Of a stretch of 64,000 bases of DNA, positions 29,373-45,753 are shown one piece after another; the stretch's first letter is position 1; every line of letters starts with the position of its first letter. The translations under genes and the position numbers were made by a program. This DNA is from the human T2T-CHM13v2.0 reference genome, Homo sapiens. Below the pieces are notes generated by a model. It saw only the letters and a program-made list of their open reading frames with translations, did not search any database and had not been told where the DNA came from. Location: NCBI RefSeq assembly GCF_009914755.1, contig NC_060942.1; one strand, given 5' to 3'.

Positions 29373-32300
29373 TAATTTTTGTGTTTTTAGTAGAGACGGG
29401 GATTTCACCATGTTGGCCAGGCTGGTCTTGAACTCCTGGCCTCAAGTCATCTGCCCGCCTCGGCCTCCCAAAGTGCTGGGATTACAGCCTATACAGATTC
29501 ATGATCTAATTAGAGGTGTTTTGTGAGCTGGCATCCTTGACTGCTCCTGGGTCTGTCTGGCAAGAGGAGCTGCAGTGCAGTTTCCTTTTTGGTGACCTCA
29601 CGCTTCTTCCTCTGCTTCCAGCCGTAGAGTAGCAAAGATTGCTTCATCTGAGGTTAGTCATGTGCAAAAGTAGGTGTAACTCAATGGCCTTCCTGTTTGA
29701 GTGTGAGAACTAAAAGATACCCCTAGTTTTTAGCTTCAATCTGGTAGCCACATCTTCACCCCACCTCTGCCAAGGGAAAGAGTCAGCTGACACCTTAGAA
29801 TGTAAATTGCCTTCCTAACATGGGAAACGTGAGGGAAGAAGGAGGAGTTACTAGAGGAAAAGAAGAACCAGAGAGCTGGAGGATGCAGGGTTATGGGCAA
29901 GATACATAACAATCTGGAGGGAGAGGCTTTTCTCTGGGAAAGTGGGGTGGAGGTGGGAGCTTGGCTTCAGAAAGGGTGGGGACAAACTACATGATTTGAT
30001 TTGAGAATCACTGGAAGAGTAACTCCTGTCTCTGAGCCTGCTCGCATAGCCAGAATTGTTTTGCTAAAAGTGCACCTTATTAGTTCTCGCCACCACTAGA
30101 AAACAAGGAAAAAAAGTGTACCTCAGGCTCTTCTTTTATATAAAGAGTAGCACATGAAGGCTTAGGCACAGATTCACAATCTTCAGATATTAGAGCTATA
30201 TATTCTTTGAGAACCATATTTTAATGTTAAAAAATGTCCAAGATGTTCAGGCAATTCTAATTATATCTGTTGACTGACAAAAACTGCTAGCTTTTAAATT
30301 TGCATTTATATTATAAAAGAAAATGTATCTATCCGTGAATAAGTTGTTCTTCACTTTAAAGAACTGTGTGCTGTGATTTGGGTTTTGGAATCCATTGCAA
30401 TAACTCTACAAACTCCTCCCTGCCCCACTTCCTCTCAATCACGGAGCAGAAACCACCTAAAGGGTCAAAAATCCTGTAAATCTCATTGTCAATCGTCAAA
30501 GGGGACGATCCATCAGGAAGAGAACAAACACCTTAAAAATAGAATAGTGACTGGAAGTGCTGCGGTACAAGGAGTATCCCACTTTAGAATCTTGAAGGTG
30601 GACTTTCAAGGCAAAATCATGAATGAGCTGTGTGACCTTGGGCAAGACAACCTCTCTGAGCCACAGTTAATCTCTGAAATTGAGACTTAGATCATCTTTA
30701 AGGTCCCCTGAAGTTTGAATCATAAAATGGGATGGCAAAGGAGTCTGAAGGTCTCCCACCATAGTTCCAAGTCTGTCGGCCCCCACTCCTGAGCTCATTT
30801 CAGACACTAAGAGGAAAGTTAAGGGTTTGCAAAAAGAAGCAGGGGAGTGGGATTTTAAAAGACCCCCCCCCCCAAATTTCTGTTTTCTGGATTCTTCCCC
30901 CAAACATTGATTCTAAATCTTAGAGGAGGTTGAGTGGGAACCTCTTGGACTTGTATTTTCTTAGAAAGGGGAGTTTGCTATGCATGCAAGCTTTCCCAGT
31001 GATTGTATCACTGCCAGAATTCCTTCTTATGTGGAGCTGAAAGTAGATAGGGTCACTTGATAGACATACCCTGCGGTGTCATCACGTGAATCTTCTCAAG
31101 TAATAGTTCATGGTTAAAGAGCAAAACATTTGTCAATACTGCCCAGGCACTAACTTTAGTTTCTCTTTTAAAAACTTTCACAAATCTGTTTAGCCAATTC
31201 AGGGTGAAACATTCATGCTCACGATTTATTCCCTTATGGTTTTCTTCCAAATATACCATTCTTCAAATCACCAGAGAAACAGGAGAGTTGGTAAGAGTTA
31301 TAGATGGGGATTTTGGATTCTTTAATTTATCAAGTAATTAACCACATGCTCTGGGCACCTCCCAACCACCCCCCGCCCTGATACAGTCCATGTAATCTAT
31401 GCTGTCTGCCATTAGACATTGCTCAGTGCGAGAAGCCTCAGCTTGGATTTACACTGTGCAATAAGATAGAATAGAACAACATAGAATGTGCAAATAACTC
31501 CTTGATATTTCTTGTGTTTTAGGAAAATGCCTCTATTGTTCTTCTCATGCTCTCTCACTATGATCTCTAGCAGAGCCTATGACATTTGCCCATTTCCAAA
31601 TTCACATCTTTACTCAGCCATTTTCAAAACGACTATGTCCCTCTCCCACAATTGTCATTGTCATTGCCTCTGGCTTCAGAATTGTCATTTCGCCACTTTG
31701 TGCAACTCTGGATAAATATTTGATCTCTGTTTTCTTATAAACTGGTCTAAAATATATCTATTTCAAAGCATCATTGAAAATCAAATGAGATGAGATGAAT
31801 ATAGTGCCTGGCTCACAGTCAGTGTCCAGTAAGTGTGAGTTAACTTTCCCGACAAGATGGAGGGAGGGTTAGAGGTTAGCTTTCCTACAAAGCTATGGAA
31901 GATCTTACCCAATTAAGGTTGTTAGACTGAAATGAAACCTTTCAAAGGAAAGACGTTTGAAACGTTTCAAATGAAACCTTTCAAAGGAAAGCAGTGGTGG
32001 AGCTGGAGGGGAAGTGGCAGTTTTTCCCTTGATGAGGTCATCTGCTTTTAATTTATAAACTCTTAGTAATGGTAAACCGTTTTTTTTTCTTCACCTGGTA
32101 TACAACAGCTTTCACAAGCACTATTGAATTGTCCAAAGCCCCTTGCATGTATTCATATAAAAATTCAGGTCCTGATTTACATACATTTCAAGAAGTAGAA
32201 AGAAAGTTCCGGTCTAGTTATTTTTGACTGGGGTAAGGCTAGATTTGGGTACAGTAATTTTTCAAAAGGGAATCTTGAAATGCTCTCTCTGAGATAAGAC

Positions 32301-32705
32301 AAAAAAAAAGTGTTAATTTGGAAAACACAGGTCAAACCCCAGCTGCCTTTGTTTTTGGCTTTATGGAGTCAGTTGCACACATTCACAGGGGTGCAACACT
32401 GCTACGTTAACACTATACTCACATGACTCATATATACTTATATATACATGTATGTACGTATATACACATATGAGTATATACTAATAGAACAAAACTTCCA
32501 CTAGATAAATACTACTCACTGACAAACCCATCATGTGCCAAATACTTTAGAAACATAACTTTATTAATCCATGTGGTGCTCAGACACTCCTATTCGGAAG
32601 GTATGATTATCTTTTTCATTCTAGGAAGCAGCCTCAGAGAATCAGCAGTGTCCTCAAAGTCCCAAAGTAGTCGATTGGCAAATGAGGAGAAGTCACAGGA
32701 TTTGA

Positions 32706-33026
<321 letters not shown>

Positions 33027-34397
33027 TGAACTTGTGTCTTTCTGACCTCAAAATTCTTTTATCTTCCTACCACAACGCGACTGCCTCCCAGCGTGGGGCT
33101 GGAGGCAGGATCCCCGTCCCAGAGCAATGCTAGTTTGTTTTCCATCCTGAGTCTCATTAATTACAACCAAGGTTTACACCTCTGGGTGTTCCGAGGAAGG
33201 CTGATGATTAAGCCAGCTGATAGGCAAAAAAAAGACTGATCATTGCAGCCCCTATTTGCACTCATCTGGTATAGGGGCTTTCCAATCTGCAGCAATAAAT
33301 GAGACTAACCCTATAAACTGTCTCAGGTTAATCCAAGAAGGTAGGTAGAGCAAGCCAGTCAGGCACAGTCAGGTGGCATCTCACTCCCGGAGGGATCTTG
33401 TGGTGGAGGAGAACAGAATTAATTCTGAAAGAAACAGCATTCATGGGCTCGCTTTTTACCAACTTAAGCCAAAACAGCACCTACTGAGACGGACCTGCAG
33501 GAGCTATTTGTAAATGGAAAGAAAAGTATTAAAAGAAGCCGTCAAAACAGCAACGGGTGTGTTTTTTCGGCTCCCCTGCAGTATCCACCCTATTTCAGCA
33601 AGTCTAGGCAGAAGTCAGGAAGGAAGATTAAATGGCTGCCACTACTTTAAAAAAAATCAAACAACAGAGAACATCTAGACTAACCAGTGTATGTTTGTGA
33701 TGATTCATTCTGGACAAGTGTTGGGAACCCATCAGAAATCAACGGGTGGTTATATCGTGAAATCCTCTGGTTTTAGAAAGCCTGCATTTGTAGTAAGAGA
33801 TTCCCAAATGCTGTCTTCAAGAAATACGCATTTATTGATTCATCAGGAAAACACTCCCCTTTTCCTATCTGAACAAAAATGACAATACAGCGCTGGCCAC
33901 TGAAGTGAGAAAACAGCTCCTTCAGCCCTTTCAAAATCTTTACTGATGTTATATTAAAATAAACAGGTTTCTGAGAACTAGAAAGTCAAGACTAGAACTT
34001 TAACTTTCAAAATGTCATTATAGAGGAATAGAAGGAAGTCAGGCTAATAACTTTTCAATGACTCCTGAGCTACCCTGCTATTCAGAGACCTTTCCCGGAG
34101 TCTTGGAAAGCACCTAGTCTGGATGATAAATCTAGACTTTTTTTCTGAACTTTAAATTAACGTAAACAAGGACAAAGGGCAGTAACAAGGCGTCAGTGTG
34201 TTACTTACCAACCATACTATTTTTAGAATAAGTTGGCTAACTTAAAAAGTATGTATACTTACTTAAAACACACTTTCCTGTAAGTTTCAACCCACGTTAT
34301 CTTACACTTACCCTGAAATTTTTTCTTTAAAAATATTGTGGGAGGCCACAGATATTGGCCCTTTTCTTTATGAAAGCATTTTATTGTTTCATCCTTA

Positions 34398-35123
<726 letters not shown>

Positions 35124-37614
35124 TCATTTCCAGGCAAATCAAGTGAGTCACCCTTGTAAGGTTGTAATGTGATTCCATGTGAAACGTTAGTAGATTTAAC
35201 CCTAAGAATCTACATCTAAGTAGCTATATCCTACTAACTTTTTTTTTTTTTGAGACAAGGTCTTGCTCTGTTACCCAGGATGGAGTGCAGTGGCACAATC
35301 TCAGCTCACTGTAACCTCTAGACTCTTGGGTTCAAGGGATTCTCCTGCCTCTGCTTCTCTAGTAACTGGGATTACAGGTGCGTCCCGGCACACCCAGCTA
35401 ATTTTTGTATTTTAAGTAGAGATGGGGTTTCACCACGTTGGCCAAGCTGGTCTCAAACTCCTGACCTCTGCCCATTTCGGCCTCCCACAGTGCTGGGATA
35501 CAAGCATAAGCCACCACACCCGGCCCCCACTTACTTTTTTTCACCACTTTTGACTCAGTTTTGAGAAGGATATAATCATTATTCCCTGCCTATCACAAGT
35601 TTCACTAGAGGATTAAAAGATACCATGGAGTCAAAACTCTCAGCCCAGGGCATGACTGTTTATAAGCCACCAGTAAATGGCTGAAAAAAAATACTTTGTA
35701 GGATTACAGAGAGTTTACAAAAGCCAAATGTTATCATAGTTGTTGGAATTATTAAGTACAAAATGAGTGAAGAGATAAAGACATTCCTCCTGATTTATGG
35801 ACTTTACAGTTGAGAAGACAGATGAACACAACCAGATGAAATATCTGCAAATAGTTCAGAACTTAAAGTTATAAGCCAAGAAAGTATTCACTAGAAAAAA
35901 GAAAAAATGGCTGGGTGCAGTGACTCACTGCTGCAGTCCCAGCACTTTCAGAGGCCAAGGTCGGGGGATCGCTAGAGCCCAGGAGTTTAAGACCAGCTTG
36001 GGCAACACGAGGAAACCTTGTCTCTACAAAAAATAAAAATTAAAAATAATTAGCTGGCATGGTGGAGTGTGCCTGTAGCCCCAGCTACTTGGTGGGATGA
36101 GGCTAGAGGATGGCCAGAGTCCAGTAGGTCTAGGCTACAGTGAGCTGAGAACATGCCACCACACTGTAGCCTGGACCATAGAGCAAGACTGTCTCAAAAT
36201 AAGAAAAAAAAAGTCAGGTAATATCAGTTACTTTTTATTTCAAGTAAAGAAAGGTGTTTATTTCACAATCAGATAAGTTATTTTATTGTCAAAATCACTA
36301 GTGACTTAATTAATGAGCAGGTCTACCAAGTTATTATTGGGACTGCTTTTCCAAAAACTAGTTGCTTTGTTGACTTCCTCAAATATACTGTACTTTTGCC
36401 ATGTTGTAATCTGTCTTCCATCTCCATTTTTTTTTCCACAGTTACTGTTTTCCTAAAGGTCACTAGTGCTCTAATTGCCACATCCAAAGGCCTCTTTTTA
36501 CATTGCATCATGCTAAACCTCTGAGAGTCATCTCCTCCTTCAAACTCATGTAAAGTGATTGGCACTTGTCTCCATGCACCTGGAGCCCTCTTAACTCTAC
36601 TTAGCAAGTTCCTCTTCCCTTTTGTTCCTTAAGTTTCACAAGGTTCATCTTTCAACCATGTTATCTAAGAGTAATGACCTCATGTGCCCTCTTTAAGTTA
36701 ATTGATTTCCAATTTTCATCTTTCTTCTGGCTTCTCTCCGCCTCTCCCAAGCTCTGTCTCTCTGCTTCTCTTTTAAGGATTTGTTTATGCTTTTCATCAA
36801 CTCTGGATTTCTTTCTTTTCTTATTTTTACTGCTCAAAGCTCTGTCATCCTTCAAGGTCCATGTCAAAATCCATTTCCTCTGAGAATTCTTTTCAGATTG
36901 TTCAGAACAGAAAGGACATTCTATCTTTTAGATTCCCATAGCACATTTTTCTTTTCCAGATCATTACTTCATTGTTGATTCCTTATGGACAAGTGTTGGG
37001 GACCTGGCAGGGAAAAATGGGTGGTTATATTATGAAATTCTTTGATTTCACGAAGGTTACTTTTTTAGTAGGAGGTTCCCACATGTTCTGTCTTCAAGAA
37101 ACACACATTTATTAATTTGTCAGAAAAATACCCCTCTTTTCCCATGTGAAAACAAAGACTTGTGCAATACAATATAGCACATGAAATTATAGGCATAACA
37201 GGTTTTGTCTGCCTCTTCAACTTGATTATATGTTCCTGTAGTTATAACATAGATCTAATTTATTTTTCCCCCTGCTTCACTTAGCAAAATGTCTATTATT
37301 CATTTGTTCATTCATTCATTCATTCATCCATAAAATAATTTTTGACCAGATGTGCCAAGAACTATTTGACATAGAGATACTGAGATAGAACAACCAGGAA
37401 GACATACTACAGCCTCAAATGTCTCAAAGTCTATCGGGAACAACAATTCAAAAATTAATTAAAGGCTTAATTATAATTAAACCTTTAATACAGTGCTAGG
37501 AGGTGAGTAGAAAGCACTGTGGAAGCTCTGAAGAGGCTCACAAAATGTGTGTATGTGTGTGTGAGCCTGGCAGGAGGGATTGAAGTCTTCATGGAATAGA
37601 GGTTGCCTGAAATG

Positions 37615-38155
37615 ATTGTTTTAGTTACATATTACTGTAATAAATTACTCAGAAATTTAGCAGCTTAAAACAGCATGCACTTATTGTCTCCTAGTTTCTG
37701 TGGATCAAGATTCTGAGCATGGATTAGCTGGATCTTCTCCTTCAGAGTCTCTGACAAAGCTGCAATCAAGTTGTTGGCTAGGGCTGTGGTCTCAACTGAA
37801 GGCTCCAATGGAGAAGGATTCATTCTAAGCTCTCTTGTGGTTGTTGGAAGGACTTGATTTTGACACTGTTGTTGCCTGAAGACCTCAGTTCCTAACTGGC
37901 AGTTGTCAAGAGGCCATCCTCTATTTTTTGCCACCTAGGCCTCTCCAGCCTGCTTCCTCAAAAGAAACATTTGAGGAGAACCAGAGAGAGAAAGTGCAAA
38001 CAAGATGGAAGTCACAGTCATGTATAATCTAATCATGGAAGTGACCTCTCGTCCCTTTCATTATATTCTATTTCCTAGAAACAAGTCACCAGGTCAGACC
38101 TATACTTGGGGAAAAGGGATCACACAAGATGTGAAAAGTAGGAGTTGGGGATTCT
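37615..38155 (-). mobile_element. Old MLT1 (F/G/H-like) MaLR LTR
   Basis: AAATTTAGCAGCTTAAAACAGC...GTTTCTGTGGATCAAGATTCTGAGCATGG is antisense MLT1 3' end text. Confidence 0.65.
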
Positions 38156-39879
38156 TGAGTTTTTTTTTTTCTTTTTGGCAGGGTTTTGCTTTTTCACCCA
38201 GGTTGGAGTTTAGTGGCACAATCATAGCTCACTGTAGTGTTGACCTCCTGGGCTCAAGGATCCTCTCACCTCAGCCTCCTAAGTAGCAGGGACCACAGAT
38301 GTGTGCCACCATGCCTGGCTAAGTTTTTAAAATTTTATGCTTATTTATTCATTTTTCTGACCTAAGGTCTCACTCTGTTACCCAAGCTGGAGTGCAGTGT
38401 TCTGATCATGGTTCACTGCAGCCTTGACTTCCTGGGCTCAAGTGATGTTCCTACCTCAGTCTCCCATGGAGCTGGGACCACTTGTGCATGCCACTACTCC
38501 CTGCTAATATTTTTTTAAATTTTTGGTAGAGATGGGATCTCTCTCTGTTTCCCAGGCTGGTCTCAAACTACTGGCCTCAAGCTTTCTTCCTTCCTTGGCC
38601 TTTCAAAGTTCTGGGATTACAGGTGTGAGTCACTGTGCCTGGCCAAGGATCCGTTATTAAAGGCTGTCTACCACCACAATGAGTCTTAAAGAATAAGATG
38701 TTAACTCAAGACATCTTGCTCAGGCAAATGCATGATGGAGAGAACGCATATGGCAACATGCATAGGAGACACTTTCGTGCTGCTGGGTTTTAAAGTTTAA
38801 AGTAGGAGATGAAGGATTCAAGCCTGGAGAGTTAAGCAGGGTGTGGTTTGTCATATGAAGGGGCTTGGACTTTATCTTGTAAGTTGATTGGGCTAGTATA
38901 AGAAGGAGTAACTGGAAAGTTGATATTTTAGATACCTCAATCTGGTGCCTGGATAGAGGATAGATTTGAGAGGGATACATTTAGAATGTGAGAAGCCATG
39001 AAGACCTCAGTGTTGGCAGTTTTTTAGGGTAGGAGAAGAGGAAATGGGCTTGAGATATTAAAAAAGGTAAAGTGGGTTGAATTTTATTTGTTACGTCTGG
39101 GGATACTTAGAGAGAAACATCTTTCAGACAGTGTGGATATATATCTATGAAGTTCAGGAAAGATCTTAGCCCCAAGTTTGCGAGTCATATAAATATCAGT
39201 GGTGGGTACAATTAGAAGAGTTGAAGAGAGAATGAAATGAAAATGAATCTGGGGAATAGAAGTATGTAAAGAATGTACAGAGAAAGAGAGGCCTGAAAGA
39301 ATAAGAAGGAACAGTCAGAAATGAATGCCAAGAGAAAATATTGGCCAGGCACAGTGTCTCACACCTATAATCCCAGAACTTTGAAAAGTCAAGGAAAGAG
39401 GAAAGCTTCAGCCCAGGAGTTTGAGGCCAGTCTGGGAAACATAGAAAGATCCCATCATTCCAGTCAAAGGATGAGAGGTGTTCAGATGCAGCAGAGAAAT
39501 CCATCAGGATAAAGATTGAATGTCACTTTCACATTCATTCATTCACTCAATTCTTTATTTACTGGGCACTGAGCAAGGTATGGGCCATGAACAAGACTTG
39601 ACATTTTTCCTTCCCCTAGGGAAGTTATAGTCCAGTGGGTAAGATGGACATTGGAGATAGTTACAAGTACCCAAAGTAAATACAGAAAGTGCCATGAGCA
39701 AAACTAAGAGGGCACAAAATATTCAAGTGGAATCTTTTTAAAAAGCAGAGCAGGGGCACAGTTTTAGAGGTTCCATCAAGGAAATCTCTTTTACCAAGCC
39801 AGGCAGGAAGGCTGGGGTGCGGATTCCTAGCAGCTCTCCTCTGTGGCTTAGGTGTCCCAGCTTGCTTGGAACAATTTAG

Positions 39880-40189
<310 letters not shown>

Positions 40190-40194
40190 CAAGG

Positions 40195-40652
40195 TCTATC
40201 ATTTGCTAAGGTAACTGTACAAAGTACCACAGACTGGGTGGGTTAAAGCAGCAAGAATTTTTTCTTTCACACAGTTTTGCAGTCCAGAGTCCAAAATCAA
40301 GGTGTCAGCAGGGCCATGCTCCCTCTGACGCCTGAAAAGGAGAATCCTTCCTTGCCTCCTCCTAGCATCTGGTGGTTTCTGGCAATCCTTGGTGTTCCTT
40401 GGCTTGTAAATGTATCACTCCAACCTCTGCCTCTGTTGCCACATGGCATTTCCCCTGTGTGTCTCGGCCTTCCATTCGTTTTGTCATCTTCTTATAAGGA
40501 CACCAGTCATACTGGATTACGACTCATCCTAATGAACTCACGTTAACTTGATTATATATACAGACTTGATTTCCAAATAAGGCCACATTTACGTGGACTG
40601 GGAGTTAGGACTTCAACATATCTTTTGGGGGGACACAATTCAACCCATAACA
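40195..40652 (-). mobile_element. MLT1C-like MaLR LTR
   Basis: Ends ...GGACTTCAACATATCTTTTGGGGGGACACAATTCAACCCATAACA, the reverse complement of the MLT1C start. Confidence 0.8.
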
Positions 40653-41252
40653 GGAGTTGTTTAAGATTAATTAGTAAAACTTCACTAAGGACAGTTTCAG
40701 TAGATGGATGAATATTAGTATTATTACAGGATTTGCCTGACATCTGCTCAATAAATGAATTGGATAAGATAGATGGTAATCTTTGCTTTTCTCGTATCTA
40801 TGGTACTGTGTTAGGTCAGAGAAAACTGTTTCTGACTAGTGCTCACCACTGAGAAAGGAGAAAACATATTGGCCTGGCCTTTGCTAGCTCACAGGCCTTA
40901 TTGGCTGGGCTGAGGCTTTTTTCTCTTTTCTTTCTTTCTTTTTTTTTTGAGACAGGGTCTGGACTGCAGTGGCATGATCACCGCTAACTGCAGCCTCAAA
41001 TTCTTGGGCTCAAGTGATCATCCTGTCTCAGTCTCCCAAGTAGGTGGAACTATAGGCATGCGCTACCATGCCTGGCTAATTTTAAACATTTTTTAGAGAT
41101 AGGGTCTCACTATGTTGCCTAGGCTGGTCTCAAACTCCTGGGCTCAAGAGATCTGCCTGCTTCCACATCCCAAAGTGTTGGGATTATAGGTGTGAGCCAC
41201 CATACCTGGCCTAGAGCTGCAGTTTCTTTCTTTCTTTTTTTTTTTTTTTTGA

Positions 41253-41459
<207 letters not shown>

Positions 41460-42562
41460 TGACCTTGTGATCCACCCACCTTGGCCTCCCAAAGTGCTGG
41501 AATTACAGGTATGAGCCACCACGAAGGGCTGAGGTTTCTTAACTGTTCTTGGCCTCACTCATCATTTGCCCAAAGAAAAGTCTGACCTGATAGGGGAGCC
41601 TCAGGGTGTCAGTGTGTCTCTGAAATTGTGTATAAAAGAGTTGTTTTTTTTTTTTTTTTCAGATGAAATCTATTGTACTTGTCACAGGAGTCTGTGACTC
41701 AGTAACACTTAAGAGCCACTGGACTGGATTTCCTATATTTAACCGCACATTAGAGTCACCTGCAGAGATTGCAAATGCCCCATCTCAATCCCAGAGACTC
41801 TTTTTCAATTGGTCTGGGAGAGGGCTTATCCATCGGTATTTTTTAAGTTCCTCTAGTAATCTTGGTGTGCAGCTGGGTTGGGCACCACAGCACCAGACAA
41901 TTCCTACACCCACCCTTTTGGCACTAATATTCAGATTCTGATGGTCTCTACTCTTTATATAAATAATACGGCATATCCCATCAAAACTGCCATTGCCCTG
42001 GGGAGAGGGCTTGTTTACAGCCTGAGTATTAGGACTTAATATACTTCTGGTATGCATTTCAAGACATTCCCTTAGGCTTCTTCTGCTGGACTCCTCTGCT
42101 GCGCTGGGGTGGGGACCTGGCTCCTGGGGCATCTCTCCCTTGCTTCCCATACCACTGTGCATTCAGGGAGAATCAGCTCCACAGAGGAAGTCACTGTGGA
42201 GCTTCAAAGGGGATGCACTGAGAGGGCCCACAGGGGGCTGCCAAGCGAGCCTCCAAAGTGGAAGGGGGAATGTCAAAGAGAAAGCGGGTGGCAAGCAAGA
42301 GGTGCTGGGGATGGGGTTATGCAATGCGAATCGGAAAAGTGAGCCAGTTCCTGAGCACAGGCCATAGTTGCCTTTGGAGGGTGACTCAGCAGGTTACTTT
42401 TCAGGAAGTGTTTTTTCTTCATTTTTTTGTTTCTTTTTAATGAGCAGGTGAAGGGCATCAAATGAACAGACAAGTTACTAAGACTGAAAAAAATTCAGTT
42501 TCTTTTTCTTTTCTTTTCTTTCTTTCTTTTTTCTTTTTTTTTTTTTTTAATAGAGACAGGAG

Positions 42563-42867
42563 GCCAGGTGCGGTGGCTCACGCCTGCAATCTCAGTACTC
42601 TGGGAGGCTGAGGCGGACGGATCACCTGCGGTTATGAGTTCAATACCAGCCTGACCAACATGGAGAAACCCTGTCTCTACTAAAAACACAATAATTAGCT
42701 GGACATGGTGGCGTGTGCCTGTAATCAGCTACGCAGGAGGCTGAGGCGGGAGAATCACTTGAACCCCGGAGGTGGAGGTTGGAGTGAGCCGAGAGGGTGT
42801 CACTGCACTGCACTCCAGCCTGTGAGACAGAGTGAGACTCCATCTCAAAAAAAAAAAAAAAAAAAAA
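42563..42867 (+). mobile_element. AluSp-like element inserted inside an antisense Alu monomer (about 42500-42975)
   Basis: CCTGACCAACATGGAGAAACCC diagnostic; the flanking antisense text TAGAGACAGG...CTATGTTGCCCAGGCTGG is interrupted by it. Confidence 0.8.
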
Positions 42868-44229
42868 TAGTTTCCCTATGTTGCCCAGGCTGGTCTTGAA
42901 CTCCTCGACTCAAGTGATCTTCCTGCCTTGGCCTCCCAAAGTGCTGGGATTACAGGCGTGAGCCATTGCCCCCAGCCTTTACGGTTTCTTATGCTAGATA
43001 TGGAGATTGGCATTAATTGCTTAATTAGCTATCTACAAAAATAATCTAGTGATTCACACTTCTCTACTGTTGTCTGCAGACTGACATTGTATAATCCAGG
43101 TGTCTCTCCGACACTGATACACAAACCAAGGCTGATAAACGCTCATATAAAATGGCCATTCCACAGTTGATGGCCCAGATACCCAGAAAGACACATGGCC
43201 TCCCGCATTTGCCGTTTATCTCTGCAGACAGGAAAGCTAGGTGTGGGTGTACTGTGGATCGGGTGACGGACATGGCCCCTTTGGGCTTAAAATTGCCCTG
43301 CCGGCAGCTGGCATGACTCAGCTTGTGTGCTGCAGCCAACATAGCGAGGCCAGGCAGGGTGGGGCTGAAGGCAGTGGAGCGGAAGAGATCTTCCCCAGTT
43401 GCTCTATTTTAAGCTACAGGGTCTTCTAACAGGTTTGGTAGGAACTGAAGTACTGGCTGAGGAGTGAGGAGGGATTGCATAGTTTCGAGGTCCTTGGTTT
43501 AATAATAGTTTACACTTTTGGATTCCTTGATCTGTGCCAGCTTCTGTAGCTCGTGCTTTGCAAATATAATTTCATCTAATCCTTCCACCAACTCTGAGGG
43601 CTAAGTATCATTATCTTCATTTCTTTCTTCTCTCTCTCTCTTTTTTTTTTTTAATAAAAAACAAGAGCGCACTGAAGATTAGGAGGTTTAAAAGCCTGCT
43701 CAAAGTCAGAGGACTGAATGCAGAGGTAGTGACAAATATTAGAACGGTCTGATTTTAATGCCTGCGTCCTCAAGCCTCACAATGTAGCCACCCGTGGCCT
43801 CTCCTCAAGGGGAGTTAATTCAGCGAGCATTTGTTGAGGGCCTGCAGCATGCCAGGTGCTTTGCTGGGCATGGTGGAGAGCGCAGTGCTGACACATGTGG
43901 CCCCTGTTATCAAGGGATCAGTATCCTCTAGGAGGACCACCCAGGGAAATTGCCACATGTTTGTTTTAGTCTCCATTTTATCCTTTAATGGTGGTGTGAT
44001 CATGGCTGATCTATGTAGTCTGGGATAACATTTTTTTTTTCAGCTATTAAAAGACTGTTGTGAATCCAGACGAGAGTAAGGATGGGGACAGTGTGTTGAA
44101 AAGTAACCGGAGCTCAAAAAGTGAAGCTTCATTCATCTTTCCCGAGCTACCTGGAGTTTGGATGGACTGGCTCTGAAGCAAAGGAGGCTCAGGTCAAGCT
44201 CAGGCTTCTTGCCTCATCCAAGATCCTTT

Positions 44230-44625
44230 CTTTCTATAGACCTCACATTCTGTCACTCCTTCAGCAAATCCTGGCAGCTATGTCTTCTGAGTATGGCCAG
44301 AGTATGACCCTTCTCTAATCCCCTGTACACAGAGCCACTATCATTCCATACCCGGGTGCTACAGAGGCCTCCTAACTGGTCTCCAGCTTCTGCCCTTACT
44401 CCTCTTTGATCTCTGCTCAAATAGCATTTTATCAGAGAATGCTTGAGTACCTGTTGAAAGACTATGCCCCTACCATCACTCACTGTATCCCAACCTGCTT
44501 TATTCTTCTTCACCACTTGGTATAGATCTGCTCATTTGCTAGTCATCTGATGCCCTCTCTTGAATGTAGGGCCCTGAGGGCCAAAGCCTGGGCTCTTCCA
44601 TGCACTGCTGTATCCCCCAGATCAA
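44230..44625 (-). mobile_element. L2 LINE fragment
   Basis: CAGCAAATCCTGGCAGCT...CCTCCTAACTGGTCTCC...TCTCTGCTCAAAT...TGCTGTATCCCC are antisense L2 3' motifs. Confidence 0.65.
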
Positions 44626-44664
44626 GAACCTGGCAGGCAAGGCAATAGGGGCTACCATGCTTGA

Positions 44665-45753
<1,089 letters not shown>

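Noticed and set aside
31930-31991. Repeat-spacer-repeat resembling a CRISPR unit
   Set aside because: Only two copies, spacer derived from the repeat itself, human context, no cas genes.
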